A DNA stretch of 64,000 nucleotides. Source: Eledone cirrhosa. Lineage: Eukaryota. The translations under genes were made by a program, and so were the position numbers. Under the pieces are notes generated by a model. That model had not been told where the DNA came from, searched no databases, and saw only the letters and a program-made list of their open reading frames with translations. Location of the stretch: assembly GCA_964016885.1 (NCBI GenBank), contig OZ024740.1, forward strand, positions 241,924,001 through 241,988,000, in the 5' to 3' direction. Below, in pieces: positions 12,621 through 24,800 of the stretch; positions within the stretch are counted from its first letter, which is position 1; each line of letters opens with the position of its first letter.

Positions 12621-13249
12621 CTTAATTCATCTAATGCATCAACTTACATCCATTGATGTGTCCCAAATTTTAGTTGATATTCTTGAACCTATTGGAGGGT
12701 GCTATTAAACAACAATTAATCGGTGTAAGTAATGTACTTCTATATTCATTATTCACAAGATGACAATTATAATTTACTATATAATAAAAAGAAGTTATCT
12801 CTAATCGGAATCAGGACGTTATCGTTTTTATTTTGTTTTGAGCGCGTATGCTAAAGCAAACTGGTATCATTTTCGCCATAAACCACCAAATTTAGTTAAA
12901 TGCTAAAGGCGAAGACATCTTGGTGTGACGCCATGTAGCAGGAGGACCCATTGGTTCAATCAAGAGACAAAAATTGCCATCCTGGAAAAGGAGGGATTTA
13001 GAAAGTTTGGCTTATAAATATGGCCTCCTTGAATTTGCGGTACAATCAGGAGTGAAATGTTGCAGCAGAAACCGTAAAGGTGTCCAACGTTAAGACATGG
13101 GTATTGGGGTTAAAATGGAATCCGACTTTAGATCAGCAAGTGAAGTATTCTGGCAGACCTTCTGCAACAACACAAATTCTGCATACGAAAAGTATGAAGC
13201 TAACTTTCCAATTTTAAAAACTTAGATACCAGCGTCACAATCATAGAAA

Positions 13250-14775
13250 CAAAATAAAACTAATACAAATTGGAACACTAATACAGACACCACGAGAACC
13301 AGGCAGTTTGTAAACATTTCAGTGCCTTTAATAGTGAAGCCCTGGCCGTCAAGCAATCTGTGCTACCCTGTCGGAGAGACAAGTATGTTCTCTATCCATC
13401 ATATTTAGGGTGAAGGACAGCAAGATTTTCGGGATCCCGCCAAGGGCGAATATCTGGTGAATACGTCCTAGAAGAAACAACACCCTTCTCGCAGAGTAAC
13501 GAACCCGACGGAAAAATTAGTCAGGGATTAGTGTGTAGGTGTTACTTCACAACAAACCAGATAACATCTACAAGATCCAAGACCTCTTTCACCCTCCGGA
13601 ATGAGTGGAGGTACGTATTAATGTTGAGAACTAAAAGCTTTGTTGCCACCAGTGTGGGAAGTTGGTCACGAGAGTTTTCTAACCACAAATAAAATAGGGA
13701 ATCAAAGTGTATTCTTGCTCCCACCACCAAGGCCCATAGGCCACAACACTAACATCAGCAGCGAACAAAAAGAAAAAAAATAGTTACCAATGCACGAAGT
13801 GAGGTTATTGAGAAAAGAGAAATGTTTGGCACCAGCACGTTTAGTGTTCTACAAATTCTAATGATGGTGCGCATGTTTCTAGAGACATACAAAAACATCA
13901 GACAGGGTTTCCCTTACAACATGAGCATCATTAATGTAAAAACCACGCGTAGGCTTTTAAAGGGGTTCCCAAGGAACCCCATCCAGATATTGAGGTCGAA
14001 CCATCTGATCTCCAACTTCATCGGAAGGGTAAGTATCTTCACACTACTTCTCTTTACACTTTTCGGCCAACATGGCAATTTTAAGTGTAGGTTGCATAAA
14101 TTTACGTGATTAGGTATTGTCTTGGAAGTAAGGTCTCTTGCTCAATGACGTCAAGACACCAGCTATAGACGTGACAGATGTCAGGAGATCAGGATCTCTG
14201 ACACACCCGCACTAACCCTCATTTTCGACGACTTTGAGATCTACTCATCTTTTGGTTAACCTGGAAGGGGAGACTGGGTGGCAGTGCTGTTTAGGAAAAG
14301 CTAGGATCACGAGGTACGAACGATCCCCCTGGACCTGAACGATAAATTGTTGGTCCATGTGCTTTTAGGCTGGTGGACACCTATGCCCTGAGTGGTGTAC
14401 GCTGGCTGGATTTCTTCAATAGTATGAAACCTTTTCTTGGAACGTCCCATCTTTTACTGTTAGCAGGAGAGTGGAACGGCATCATGTGAGGGAGTATCCG
14501 ATGGAAGCGATGGGTGGAAATGCCTCAAGACCTGATCAGGACATTTCAACTATCTGACAAGTACCAACTAGATTTCCGAAATGCGGTAGCCTGGAGATGA
14601 AGCCATCGCATAGGGTCATCTAGAACGTATTTAGATAGGTTGTTTATTAGGTTAGCACATAGGAAGAGCGTAGGGGTTCCACAATTATCAATGGTCGCCT
14701 ATTCATATGGCAAATTGTGATTTGCATAGTCGACCTAGATAGAACACATAGACAAGGACCCGTTACTGGCAGCGT
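13250..14775 (+). mobile_element. Highly decayed L1-Tx1 element (ORF1 remnant plus APE endonuclease)
   Basis: YVLYPSYLG*RT (similar to the ORF1 at 1-500); CHQCGK zinc-knuckle remnant; APE-like DFEIYSSFG...VAVLFRK...LAGEWN...TYLDR. Confidence 0.6.
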
Positions 14776-15354
14776 AACGCACCGTAATAACGGCAACATT
14801 TCTCCTTTTATGTAAACGTATATATTTAGTGTTTTATCATCAAATATATTTATTCTGAAAACTTGTTTTAAAGTTAGGCTTAATTTGGTTAATTGATAGG
14901 TATATACCGGAAACATTATTTCGCAGTCTATCCAACATTCTATAGAAGTCCTTTAATTTTCACTTCTTTCCCGAGAATAAATGTCTATTTCATACCTAGG
15001 AATGTGGGTAGTGTATTGTAGAAATGATAGGGATTTCATTCATGTAACGCATTTGATCTATCAATCCGAGTAAGTTGTCACCTAAGTTAGGCACCAGTAA
15101 TATTTGAACTCAGAATGTAAAGAGGCGCATCGAAATAGTGTAATGGATTTAGTGTGCCGGTTTATTGTTTATACCAACTAGCCGACCTTTGATTGAGAAT
15201 AAAAACTGATTACTAAATGATGTATACAGAAATTAAACACAATGTACATTTATCAAAATAGCATTACTAATGAACAAAATGTAAACTATTACGCATCCAC
15301 ACATCGCAATCTAAATGTAATATAATTACTTTATAAACACACACACATGCACGA

Positions 15355-16870
15355 TCTGGAATAGACATTTCGATACACCACCTCCGACTTGGATGAGTTG
15401 ACCTGGAGGCCGATTCCCGCCAGGGCAGGGACCACCGATTGAAGGTCTCCACGGGCCCGCCCAGCGTAACATCATCCAGGTAACAAACGTTGAGAGGGGC
15501 CGTGATACTCCGGGCAATGTGGTCTATACCAAGGGCAAACAGGAAGGGGCCCAAAGGGTCACCCTGTTGGACCCCAGTGGCCGAAGGTATACACGCATCA
15601 GCAGCAAGGAGCATGCTCGGGGCTCCATATGACAGGTAGGCCAGCGGGTAGGACGAGGAGGCTCGGATGAGACAGGCATCGAGCAGATGGTCCCAGAGTA
15701 TGCAGTTAAAAGCATTCCTCATGTCAAGATTGACAATGAGGTGCCTTGAGTCCCTGGATGCCGGTTCCGGTGGTCAGCTGTTGAAGAACTGCCCGGTTGC
15801 ATGTGCGACCCCCTCACAGCCACCGGACACGCCGACACCCAGTTGCACCGGACTGAACTCCTCATCCAGTTCAGGTGTTATAGACTTGCAAACCACCTTA
15901 GCAGCCAGTCACCGGAAGACATTGCCCACAGAGATGGGGCGTATGCCACCCTCTTTCTTCCTGAGAGCGGTCAGGCTAACTGAAAAAAGGAGGCCTCGGA
16001 CGTGAGGATCCAGGGCGCCGTGGATAAGCCTGTGGGAGAGTCCACAATTGCACTCAGAAGGCGGCACCCGGCCTCAGCGGAGAGGGTGGTAGCAACTCCT
16101 TGAGGTGGCCAGGTCGGAGACCATCAGCACCTCCGCTGCTGCTAGCTGGGAAAGACTTGATGGCAGACATGATGTCTGCCTCGGAAGCCACAAGGAGCAG
16201 GTTCGGAGAGTTTGGCCTCCTCAGCCCGACGTGCAGCAGTACCTGGGCTAGTCGCAGACCGCACCAGGTTGCAGCTGGAGAATGTGTCGTTGCAAGTGGC
16301 ATCCCAGACGAGGGGTTTAGCACCGCGGAACGGGAAGATGGTCATACCGTCTAGCATTTTGCCGTCCTCTTGGTCCAGCCCCACCGGCTCGGGCTGGGAG
16401 GGAAGACTGCAGCGTCCAAGCCATGATTTATGACCTCGTTGTGGACAGCATGGCATGGAAGGTGGCCGGCACTGTGGCGAAAGGAAAGCGGGTGGAGGCG
16501 GAAAGTGTCCACGGTGGATCCACAGCGACATTTAGGCGGCTCGCAGATCCGGAATCGAAGCCTCAAAGAAACGCTGATGCGCAGACTGCCTCCCTATTTA
16601 CCACCATAGGCGCTGAGCTGGCCAGCCGCAGGTGTGAGCCTCGCGAGTTGGAATGGTTGTGCCAACGTATCTCCCTTACCATCCTCCGGGAAAAGACCTT
16701 CTCCATTCTGTCCGCCGGGGCTGTGGAGAGGCCAGCACGTGGGACCCCATTTTCTCACCATACGGATTAAGACATATAACCTCTCTTTTTTCTTTTTTTT
16801 ACTCTTTTACTAACTTTATTTTGTGCTAATATCATGTATACATTACATCCAACAATAGATTAAAAAACAA
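15355..16870 (-). mobile_element. CRE-clade non-LTR retrotransposon, rearranged and pseudogenised
   Basis: RT motifs LDMRNAFN, GVQQGDPLGP, YLDD; RLE remnant CRCG...DGMTIFPF...LVWDATC; the C-terminus WLCQRISLTILR lies on the + strand at 16590-16770. Confidence 0.85.
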
Positions 16871-17133
16871 AACAATAATATATGCATATATAGAGGGTAA
16901 CCACTAACTACTTATCATTTATAACTTGGTCCAGAAAAACGCAATAGATATAAATTTGTGTAGTAAATTTCATGAAAAATATAGAGAGAAATACAAATAT
17001 ATATATTATACATACCTGCTAGGGTCTTGTGCCAACTGACATATGCCTGTTAAAAATAAAAATAGATTTTAGATTTCGAAGCATTTTTTCCTTGAATTTA
17101 CATATCAATTTAAAAGATAAACAAACTTTAACA

Positions 17134-17325
17134 AAGGTGGATGGGCAGTATCGGTAGAGGGTCGGACGCCATGCTTTGACGCATAGAGTTACGGCTCTTG
17201 CCATTATGAGTTCAAATCCCGGCGAGGTTAACTTTGCCTTTCATCCTTACGGGGTCGATAAAATAAAGTACCAGTAATATACTGGGTATTTGCTGGCCTT
17301 GTGCCAAAAGTAGAAACAATTATTT
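17134..17325 (+). mobile_element. Main tRNA-derived SINE
   Basis: Full head with B box gagttcaaatcc and aacaattatt tail. Confidence 0.9.
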
Positions 17326-18574
17326 TTTTCAGATGAATATACATGCATTGTTGTATCTAATTTTAGTGATATGTGTATCAATTTTCCAATAGAATGGATA
17401 ATTTCCTTCTGTGTTAAATACGCGTCCGATTCAATTGACTATACTTTCATTTATTAAAGAAAAAAGGCCCCAATGCCTAAAAGATTGATCTATAACCACT
17501 CAACTTCTCAGAGTAAACATTTCAGTATCCTAAATCAGAGGCTTCGATAAAGAGGTTTTGTTTTTTGCACACTACGAACACGGCTGTCTTTGTAAGGTAT
17601 GATTCAATAGTCATCAATATATGAATCAAATTAAGGCGGTGAATTGGCAGTATCATTCTGGCGATTTATGTTCTGAGTACAAATCCCGCCAAGTACTGCA
17701 GTCGATTTAATCAACTTCCTCCTCACCCAAATTACTGACCTTGTGCCTAAATTAGAAATCATTATGTGGAAAAATCAACAAGTGTTGGTTGATGCTGTGT
17801 CACGAAAAGAAGAAATATCTATATTCTCTCATTCTATCCGTGGCACAACAGCATAGATCCCCTTTTATAAAACTGTATTTTACAGATGCAAACTTCCGAG
17901 AGTTTTCTTTTATTCTAGTGCTTATTGTTAATGTAGGACATTGGGCCGGTTGCTAACATGAAACAATACACCAGAACGGACTACATAAGAGACAAACCTA
18001 AGTTCAACATGTGTCCACGCTCTACTTCGAATTGATACTCTACATATAGCAACTGTACTCAATTGTATAACTAGATCTTAATGTATAATGGACAAGAAAA
18101 AAAATTCATCAATGGAATACATTATATAATTTCGTTGAAATAGATGTTATTTCTTGGTATTTGCGTAAGAGATAACATACTGGCGCTTACTGTGAACACG
18201 TGATAACGGAAGGATTTTGTGGAAATGAATCAGCTTGAAAAGAATTACATGTTAAGATGAGCAGAAATAGATATACATATGTTATGAAGTACAGATTAAA
18301 AATGAAAAGAATAATTACAACTTGTGCGTGCGCATGCGCGTGTGTGTAAAGCTAATTATTAGCAGAGCAAAGAGTTGGTGTATTTTTATGTGGAGATGAA
18401 AGTTTTATAATTATCAATGATGCAACTGATAATTAGAACACTGCCAATTATACAAATTAAGAGGATGGATTATATAAGCTTGATAAATTATATGAGAGAA
18501 AGTATTGAAATACAGTGATTTCTATAGTTGCAAGCGTGGTCTGTGTAGCTAAGATGACCTCTTTGCAACGATGA

Positions 18575-20059
18575 GGAGCAAACTTGCTATACATCATAGA
18601 GAGGGTGGCTAAGGAACCTGGCACTCGTGGGGCCCTGATGAACTTATATCAATCAAAAGCTTTATAGGGTCGACCATCGCTACAGGGTGGCTTTCAGGGA
18701 CTGCATTGCTGCAATGCACAGCGACATTTCCTCTGTGGTTAGAGTGAAGGGTCACCTCTCACAATCGTTCAACATCATGCACTCGGTTTGCCAAGTTTGT
18801 CCTCTCTCGTCCTTACTGTATGCATTGCTCTCGAACCATTACTACACACATTGAAGACGTTTGGGAGGTCCCGTGCAGACTTTTATGTGGGAGACCCGAG
18901 TCAGCATATGCCGATGACGTCCCCGTAATGGTGTCGAACACTAAACGCATTGAGATTTTCAGTACCATTTTCAGGGAGTGTTAATCGGTAACAGTAGCGT
19001 TGTCTGGCGCAGGATGAATGGACCGTGTAAATTGCTAGCGATCTGATTTGGCCTAGACCTCCAAATGGACAAAACCTGGGACGAGATAATGAGGAGAGAT
19101 CCCACTCTTACCCAGAAATGGGCCGTGAGGAAGCAATCTCTGATACAAACACGCGCTGAGACTACGACATCTCCAGGTCTTCCTTGACGGTGAAAAGATG
19201 TTACCGTTTGCTAGATACATTTTCCCCCTGCTCGTCTCCTTGACAGAGCTGTAGTTCTGTGTATAGTGTAGACAGAAAGAAAGCGTTTGGAATCTAGAAT
19301 GTCTTCAAGCACTCACAGTCCTCTGCCAATCAGACAGTACGATCAGTGGAAACTCCACCTTGGCATTTTATAGAGAATTAGCGGCGAGTAAATGTGGTGG
19401 TGTTCTCAGAGCGACTCTGGGTGTTAACGAAAATGAACTAGGCACTCTTTTCCGGAAGACTTTCGGTCCAGGATCCATTCATAACTTTCTGTCCTGGCAG
19501 TGCCACCGGGGAGCATTGCCAGTTCGAGAAAAACTCTTCAAGCATGGAAATGCGGTCAGCCTGGCCGGCTCGAAATGCACGCAGAACGACGAAATCATCC
19601 TGCACGCACTCGTCGAATGTCCAAGTATTTCTGACTTGTAGATATATGCCGAACACCTGCTGTCGCGTGTGGGACAGATCCGACTATCAACCGAGTTTAT
19701 CGTGAAGATCAAACTGCTGCTTTCTTAAGCAGGGAAGAAGAGGTAATTTTAATCTTCCTAGTGGTCATGGAAAAAATGCTTGTGTGGAGGACGAGTTTGA
19801 AAGTGTTTAAGACAAATATTTTCAACTTCAGCGAAGCCTTGATTAACTATTTCAGATTTCACTTGAAGAGAAAAATTTGAGTGGAGAAAGAAGTGCTACC
19901 TTTCAACCAGGAAGGTCCCCGCCCCTTAATGGGAAATTTCTTTCTTTTGTTTTTTCAAATGTTAATCGTTTTAGCTTTTGTTACAAATTTCTGTCACTTA
20001 AAAACCCACACCGTGTCGTTTTAATGTTTTCTTAATGTGAACCCCGCGTAGCTAATAAA
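18575..20059 (+). mobile_element. L1-Tx1 ORF2 RT and 3' region, degenerate
   Basis: ALMNLYQSKA; SAYADD; FLSWQCHRGALPVREKLFKHG...ILHALVECP; homologous to 1896-3545. Confidence 0.85.
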
Positions 20060-20281
20060 GTCGGTGGATTGGTAGTATAGGTAGAAGTATCGTAGAAATG
20101 CTTTGCAGCATAAAGTTACGTCCCTTTACATTCTAAGTTCAAATCCCGCCGAGTTTAGCTTTACCTTTCATCCTTACGGTGTTTATAAAATAAAGTACCA
20201 GTAATGCACTCGGGTCGATTTCATTGACATTCCCCCTCCCCCAAAATTGTTGACCTTGTGCCTTGATCAGAAACAATTATT
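20060..20281 (+). mobile_element. Main tRNA-derived SINE (long variant)
   Basis: Same consensus plus the gggtcgatt...cccctccccc insert. Confidence 0.88.
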
Positions 20282-20663
20282 TTACAGATAAGCTTTGAAT
20301 TGTATATTACAGAATAATTCTTAAGTGGAGCTACTGAGGATTTCAAATAACATTTGGTTGTCATGCTATTCAGTATATTTGATGGTGATGGTGGCAAGCG
20401 CTGTGTGAATGTGGTCTTCTCGACAGCTGTGGTTTATGTTCTTGTGTAGAAGGTCAAACCTAACAATGAAGGGTTATTATTCTGTTGAGGACAAATAAAC
20501 AAATGTAAAACGGTAGATATAGCTTACAACTTGAGTGAAGGGGTACAGTAAAAAAAAACATCACCGTTTATCTTTCTTTCCCCTTTCCCTCCCCTTTTCA
20601 GTCCCTCTGTGAGAAAGTTATCTGAATATTTACACTATCCAGTGACTTTACTATGTGTTTGTC

Positions 20664-20694
<31 letters not shown>

Positions 20695-20804
20695 CTTTAC
20701 TTAATTATTTTCCCCTTCCTATTCTGCTTCTGTTCATTTACTACCACCAACATCTCCATCACTATCTTAAAATTCAATTCATAATAGTGCTGTTGCATCT
20801 GTTT

Positions 20805-20817
20805 CTACTACTACTAT

Positions 20818-20887
<70 letters not shown>
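20805..20887. repeat. (CTA)n microsatellite
   Basis: Long CTA run. Confidence 0.95.
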
Positions 20888-21259
20888 GTTGCTGTTATTG
20901 TTACTGCTTAAGGCTATTTATCCAGTATTCCATCCCCAATGAAAAAGACAGCCGATGCAGTCGCCTCAGTTAGTGTTTCCCTTCTATTGAATTTGCTTGT
21001 TTAGTCCAAGTAAGCTCTAGCTAAACAGACCAATGCTGTATTTTCCTATATCTCCACTCATGTATCATACTCAAGAACCGTTCAGAACATTTCATCTATT
21101 CTTTCCTTCCCAAAACCTAATCCAAAAATTCATTCAGCCTATAATCATTGCTGCATCATCGTATGCTGAAACAGCAGCTGTACAATTGGGGTGGGTGGGA
21201 GTCAATCTACTCGTAGAACATATGTACTGGGTATTGGCTTTAGTTTTATTATCGGTTAC

Positions 21260-21995
21260 CTTCTTCTTCAACCACTTATTCCTGAGAAGAGGGAGATGAA
21301 TGGTCAGAGTACTCCTTCTAGCGGATCCTGTCAGACACAAGCGTCTCCAACTGATCCAGCTGGATCCCCAAGCGAAACCAGCAGAGCTCAATGATGTTAT
21401 CCAACTGTCATGCTCGGGGTTTACCCCTGAGTCTCCTGTCGGTTGTTTTTGCCTGTAAAATATGTCTAGCGATTCTTTACTGAAACATTCTTACCATATG
21501 ACCATTATCGGAGCTGTGATATCTCAATTCGGAGAAGTATCGGCTCTATCTGGAGTGACTCTCTGATCTCCGAGCTACGCACTCTATCGACTAACGTTAC
21601 TCCAACGGCTGTTAGGGGAGTCCCATTTGGACCGCTTCTATTCGCGATCGTATTCTTTCAGTCAATATTCATGAACAGAGGGAAGGGTTGGCAAGAATAC
21701 CGAATTGAAGACAGCGAGTTTGGCTTTTACGCTTACCTCCATTCTTCTGATTACCGAATGCTGAAGCTGGCGTTTTACTGCACCAGCTTCTGCGATTCTT
21801 GCACTGAATTCAATTTCCTGACTTCCATCACTCGTGAACACATCCATGAGATAGTTGAACGTCTCAACCGACTTCAGTAGAACTCCACATGTTCAGTGCA
21901 CAGCGCATGCTTCCTTGTGATGAAGAGTGTCTCAGGTTTAGCAGCACTAATTTTCATTCCAATCATGCAACACTTGGCATATAACATGGAGAGTT
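21260..21995 (-). mobile_element. RTE-clade LINE 3' fragment, decayed
   Basis: IGMKISAAKPE; VFTSDG...EFSARIAEAG; KAKLAVFNSVFLPTL; homologous to 32040-33455. Confidence 0.8.
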
Positions 21996-22124
21996 TGTGT
22001 TTCTGCTGTGCACAGCAGAAACAAAAACCAGTACATATGTTCTCTAGTTGCATTTTCAAATTATTTTCCATATATTTTTACCTGTGAGGGACATTTAAAA
22101 ACAAACAAACAAATATGTATATAT

Positions 22125-22312
22125 ATTAAAATAACAGATTAAAGTTTAAGAAAAAAATCGCTGCTTTCACCCTTAACGGGATCTTCTGAAACTCAGATTC
22201 TTTGCTTAAACTTTAATCTGTTATTTCAATAAATATTTGCTCTACGGTTCTATATATTTTTATATATATATTATTCTTATCGAACCCTCTTCGGATTTTA
22301 GTCTCCACATTT
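22125..22312. mobile_element. Fold-back insert, family shared with 31025-31207 and 35625-35692
   Basis: Arms aaataacagattaaagtttaag / cttaaactttaatctgttattt; in the 31.2-kb copy the minus strand reads CTGAAGA-tccc(gttaa)gagt-GAAA. Confidence 0.7.
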
Positions 22313-22330
22313 ATTATTATTATTATTATT

Positions 22331-22597
22331 CTTTGAGTCTCAGTCATTGATGTTAGTTAACTGGAAAGTTTGTTGAAATGAATATCAAGCCACTACCTGC
22401 AGCCTCAGATATTCATGACGTATCGGAGGGTTGTTACTGTTCCCAGCAAGCATGTCTTTTGAAGCGTTCCAAAACGCGTGGCGGGGCCAATTTTCTTTAA
22501 CCATCCCTGGAAACTTTTTGAGATAGTACCTAGTGCGCCTATGACAATCGGGACCACTTTGACTTCATGGCTGTTCCAAATCCTTTTTACCTCCCAC
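22331..22597 (-). mobile_element. R4/Dong-clade 3' terminal fragment inserted in (TAA)n
   Basis: KWEVKRIWNSHEVKVVPIVIGALGTISK...LQKTCLLGT...* plus 3' UTR; (TTA)n on both flanks. Confidence 0.85.
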
Positions 22598-22630
<33 letters not shown>

Positions 22631-22725
22631 CTATTATTACTATTATTATACTATTACTATTAATGTACTAGGTAATTGCTGGCCTTGTGCCAAAAGTAAA
22701 ACAATTAAAACAATTATTATTACTA

Positions 22726-22796
<71 letters not shown>

Positions 22797-22798
<2 letters not shown>

Positions 22799-22932
22799 GT
22801 AGGTCCCGGGTTGAGTCGGGGATAACCACAGTAAGTAAGGTACTCAATACATGGCAGAGTAAAATTTTTTTATTTTATAGAAGGAGCTTCTACAGGACTA
22901 GTACTGTTTCATTCAGATGAAATCTTCAGGAA

Positions 22933-22998
<66 letters not shown>

Positions 22999-23132
22999 GT
23001 AGGTCCCGGGTTGAGTCGGGGATAACCACAGTAAGTAAGGTACTCAATACATGGCAGAGTAAAATTTTTTTATTTTATAGAAGGAGCTTCTACAGGACTA
23101 GTACTGTTTCATTCAGATGAAATCTTCAGGAA

Positions 23133-23134
<2 letters not shown>
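22797..23134 (-). mobile_element. Two identical tandem copies of HHR family X separated by (TA)n
   Basis: 22797-22934 equals 22997-23134. Confidence 0.85.
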
Positions 23135-23182
<48 letters not shown>

Positions 23183-23210
23183 GGATACTTAGTAAAATAT
23201 TAATATATAT

Positions 23211-23538
23211 ATCGACAGTCGATCGACTTTCGTCAAATCGGACCGAGGAAACTATGTTTCCGTTAGTCTTTCCAATTGCTAATGAAATAAAATGTCTTGC
23301 TCAAGGACATAACGCATCGCACGGTCTAGGAATCGAACTCACAACCTCACGATTGCGAATCCAATTATCTTACCATACAACCACGCGCCTTCGCACACAC
23401 TCCCCCCCCCCACACACACACGTGTGTGAGTGTGAGTGTGTGTGAAGGCGCGTGGCTGTGTGGTAAGATAATTGGATTCGTAATCGTGAGGTTGTGAGTT
23501 AGATTCCTGGACCGCAGCTGGATACCCTTGCTAACACC
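23211..23538. mobile_element. tRNA-SINE-headed element with inverted 5' duplication in (TA)n
   Basis: Minus arm 23211-23400 and plus arm 23425-23513 (gaaggcgcgtggc...gagttagattcctggaccg); same family as 43777-44005. Confidence 0.8.
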
Positions 23539-23551
23539 ATATATACATATA

Positions 23552-23637
<86 letters not shown>

Positions 23638-23664
23638 AGCTCAGCTGTCGGGGTCTTACTGGTT

Positions 23665-23695
<31 letters not shown>

Positions 23696-23700
<5 letters not shown>

Positions 23701-23961
23701 AAGGAGCTTCTACAGGACTAGTACTGTTTCATTCAAATGAAATCTTCAGGAAGCTCAGTAAGTAAGGTACTCAATACATGGCAGAGTAAAAATTTTTTAT
23801 TTTATAGAAGGAGCTTCTAGAGGACTAGTACTGTTTCATTAGTGTACATGAAACAGTACTAGTCATGTAGAAGCTCCTTCTTTAAAATAAAAAAATTTCA
23901 CTCTGCCATGTATTGAGTACCTTACTTACTGTGGTTATCCCCGACTCAACCCGGGACCTAC

Positions 23962-23963
<2 letters not shown>
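23696..23963. mobile_element. HHR family X: tandem and fold-back fragments in (TA)n
   Basis: Minus fragments 23696-23756 and 23757-23840; plus arm 23848-23963. Confidence 0.8.
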
Positions 23964-24038
<75 letters not shown>

Positions 24039-24065
24039 TGGTTACACAACAGTTAGTTCACCATA

Positions 24066-24105
24066 CCGAGAACAATTGTTTCACCATAGCGGATCCTCAG
24101 CTCGG
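24066..24105 (-). ncRNA. Minimal type-I hammerhead ribozyme motif
   Basis: Minus strand CCGAG-CTGAGGA-TCC(GCTAT)GGT-GAA-ACAATTGT-T-CTCGG: perfect stem I, palindromic stem III, GUU triplet; about 30 nt from (TA)n. Confidence 0.85.
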
Positions 24106-24355
24106 AATGGGCATGGTTATAGGAACGCGCATGCGCAAGAACCCTGTCACTTCACACAGGCAATACTAGACTGCGTGCGAGAGCTGTAAGGGAGATAACT
24201 GCGAAAGTCCGAAAAGTTTTTAGGTTGAAAATAAAATTACAAAGAATCAGTCCGAGCCTTGTAGTTATGCAATAGGTGTTTGGCGACGTGTGGACAACGT
24301 GTGAAAAATTCATTTCTCGTGTTTAGGCAATCACTATTGCATATATATATATACA

Positions 24356-24786
24356 TATTAAATAAATGGAAACTATATTTATAAAACCATATTTATTCTT
24401 TTATATATATTTCAAGGGTACCAACAACTTTGGTACGCTTTCATCAGATAAAATACAAAGAGTGTTTTATAAATTTTGACATAGCCAAGGAAAAACATAC
24501 CTTATCAGTTGAATATTCCTTGGGTAATAGTCAACTGATAAGGTATGTTTTTCCTTGGCTCTGTCAAAATTTATAAAACACTCTTTGTATTTTATCTGAT
24601 GAAAGCGTACCAAAGTTGTTGGTACCCTTGAAATATATATAAAAGAATAAATATGGTTTTATAAATATAGTTTCCATTTATTTAATATCATTGAATATTT
24701 ACTCGAGAACACTGTCGAATGCTCTGAATCAGTTATAAACATTTATATTTGTTGGATTTCCAACAAATTAAATATCCCTTCTACTT
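24356..24786. mobile_element. Fold-back HHR insert in (TA)n
   Basis: Near-perfect ~157-bp arms 24356-24512 and 24531-24687 plus a ~95-bp tail; CTGATGA-aagcgtacc...ggtaccctt-GAAATATATA at 24596-24640. Confidence 0.85.
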
Positions 24787-24800
24787 ATATATATATATAT

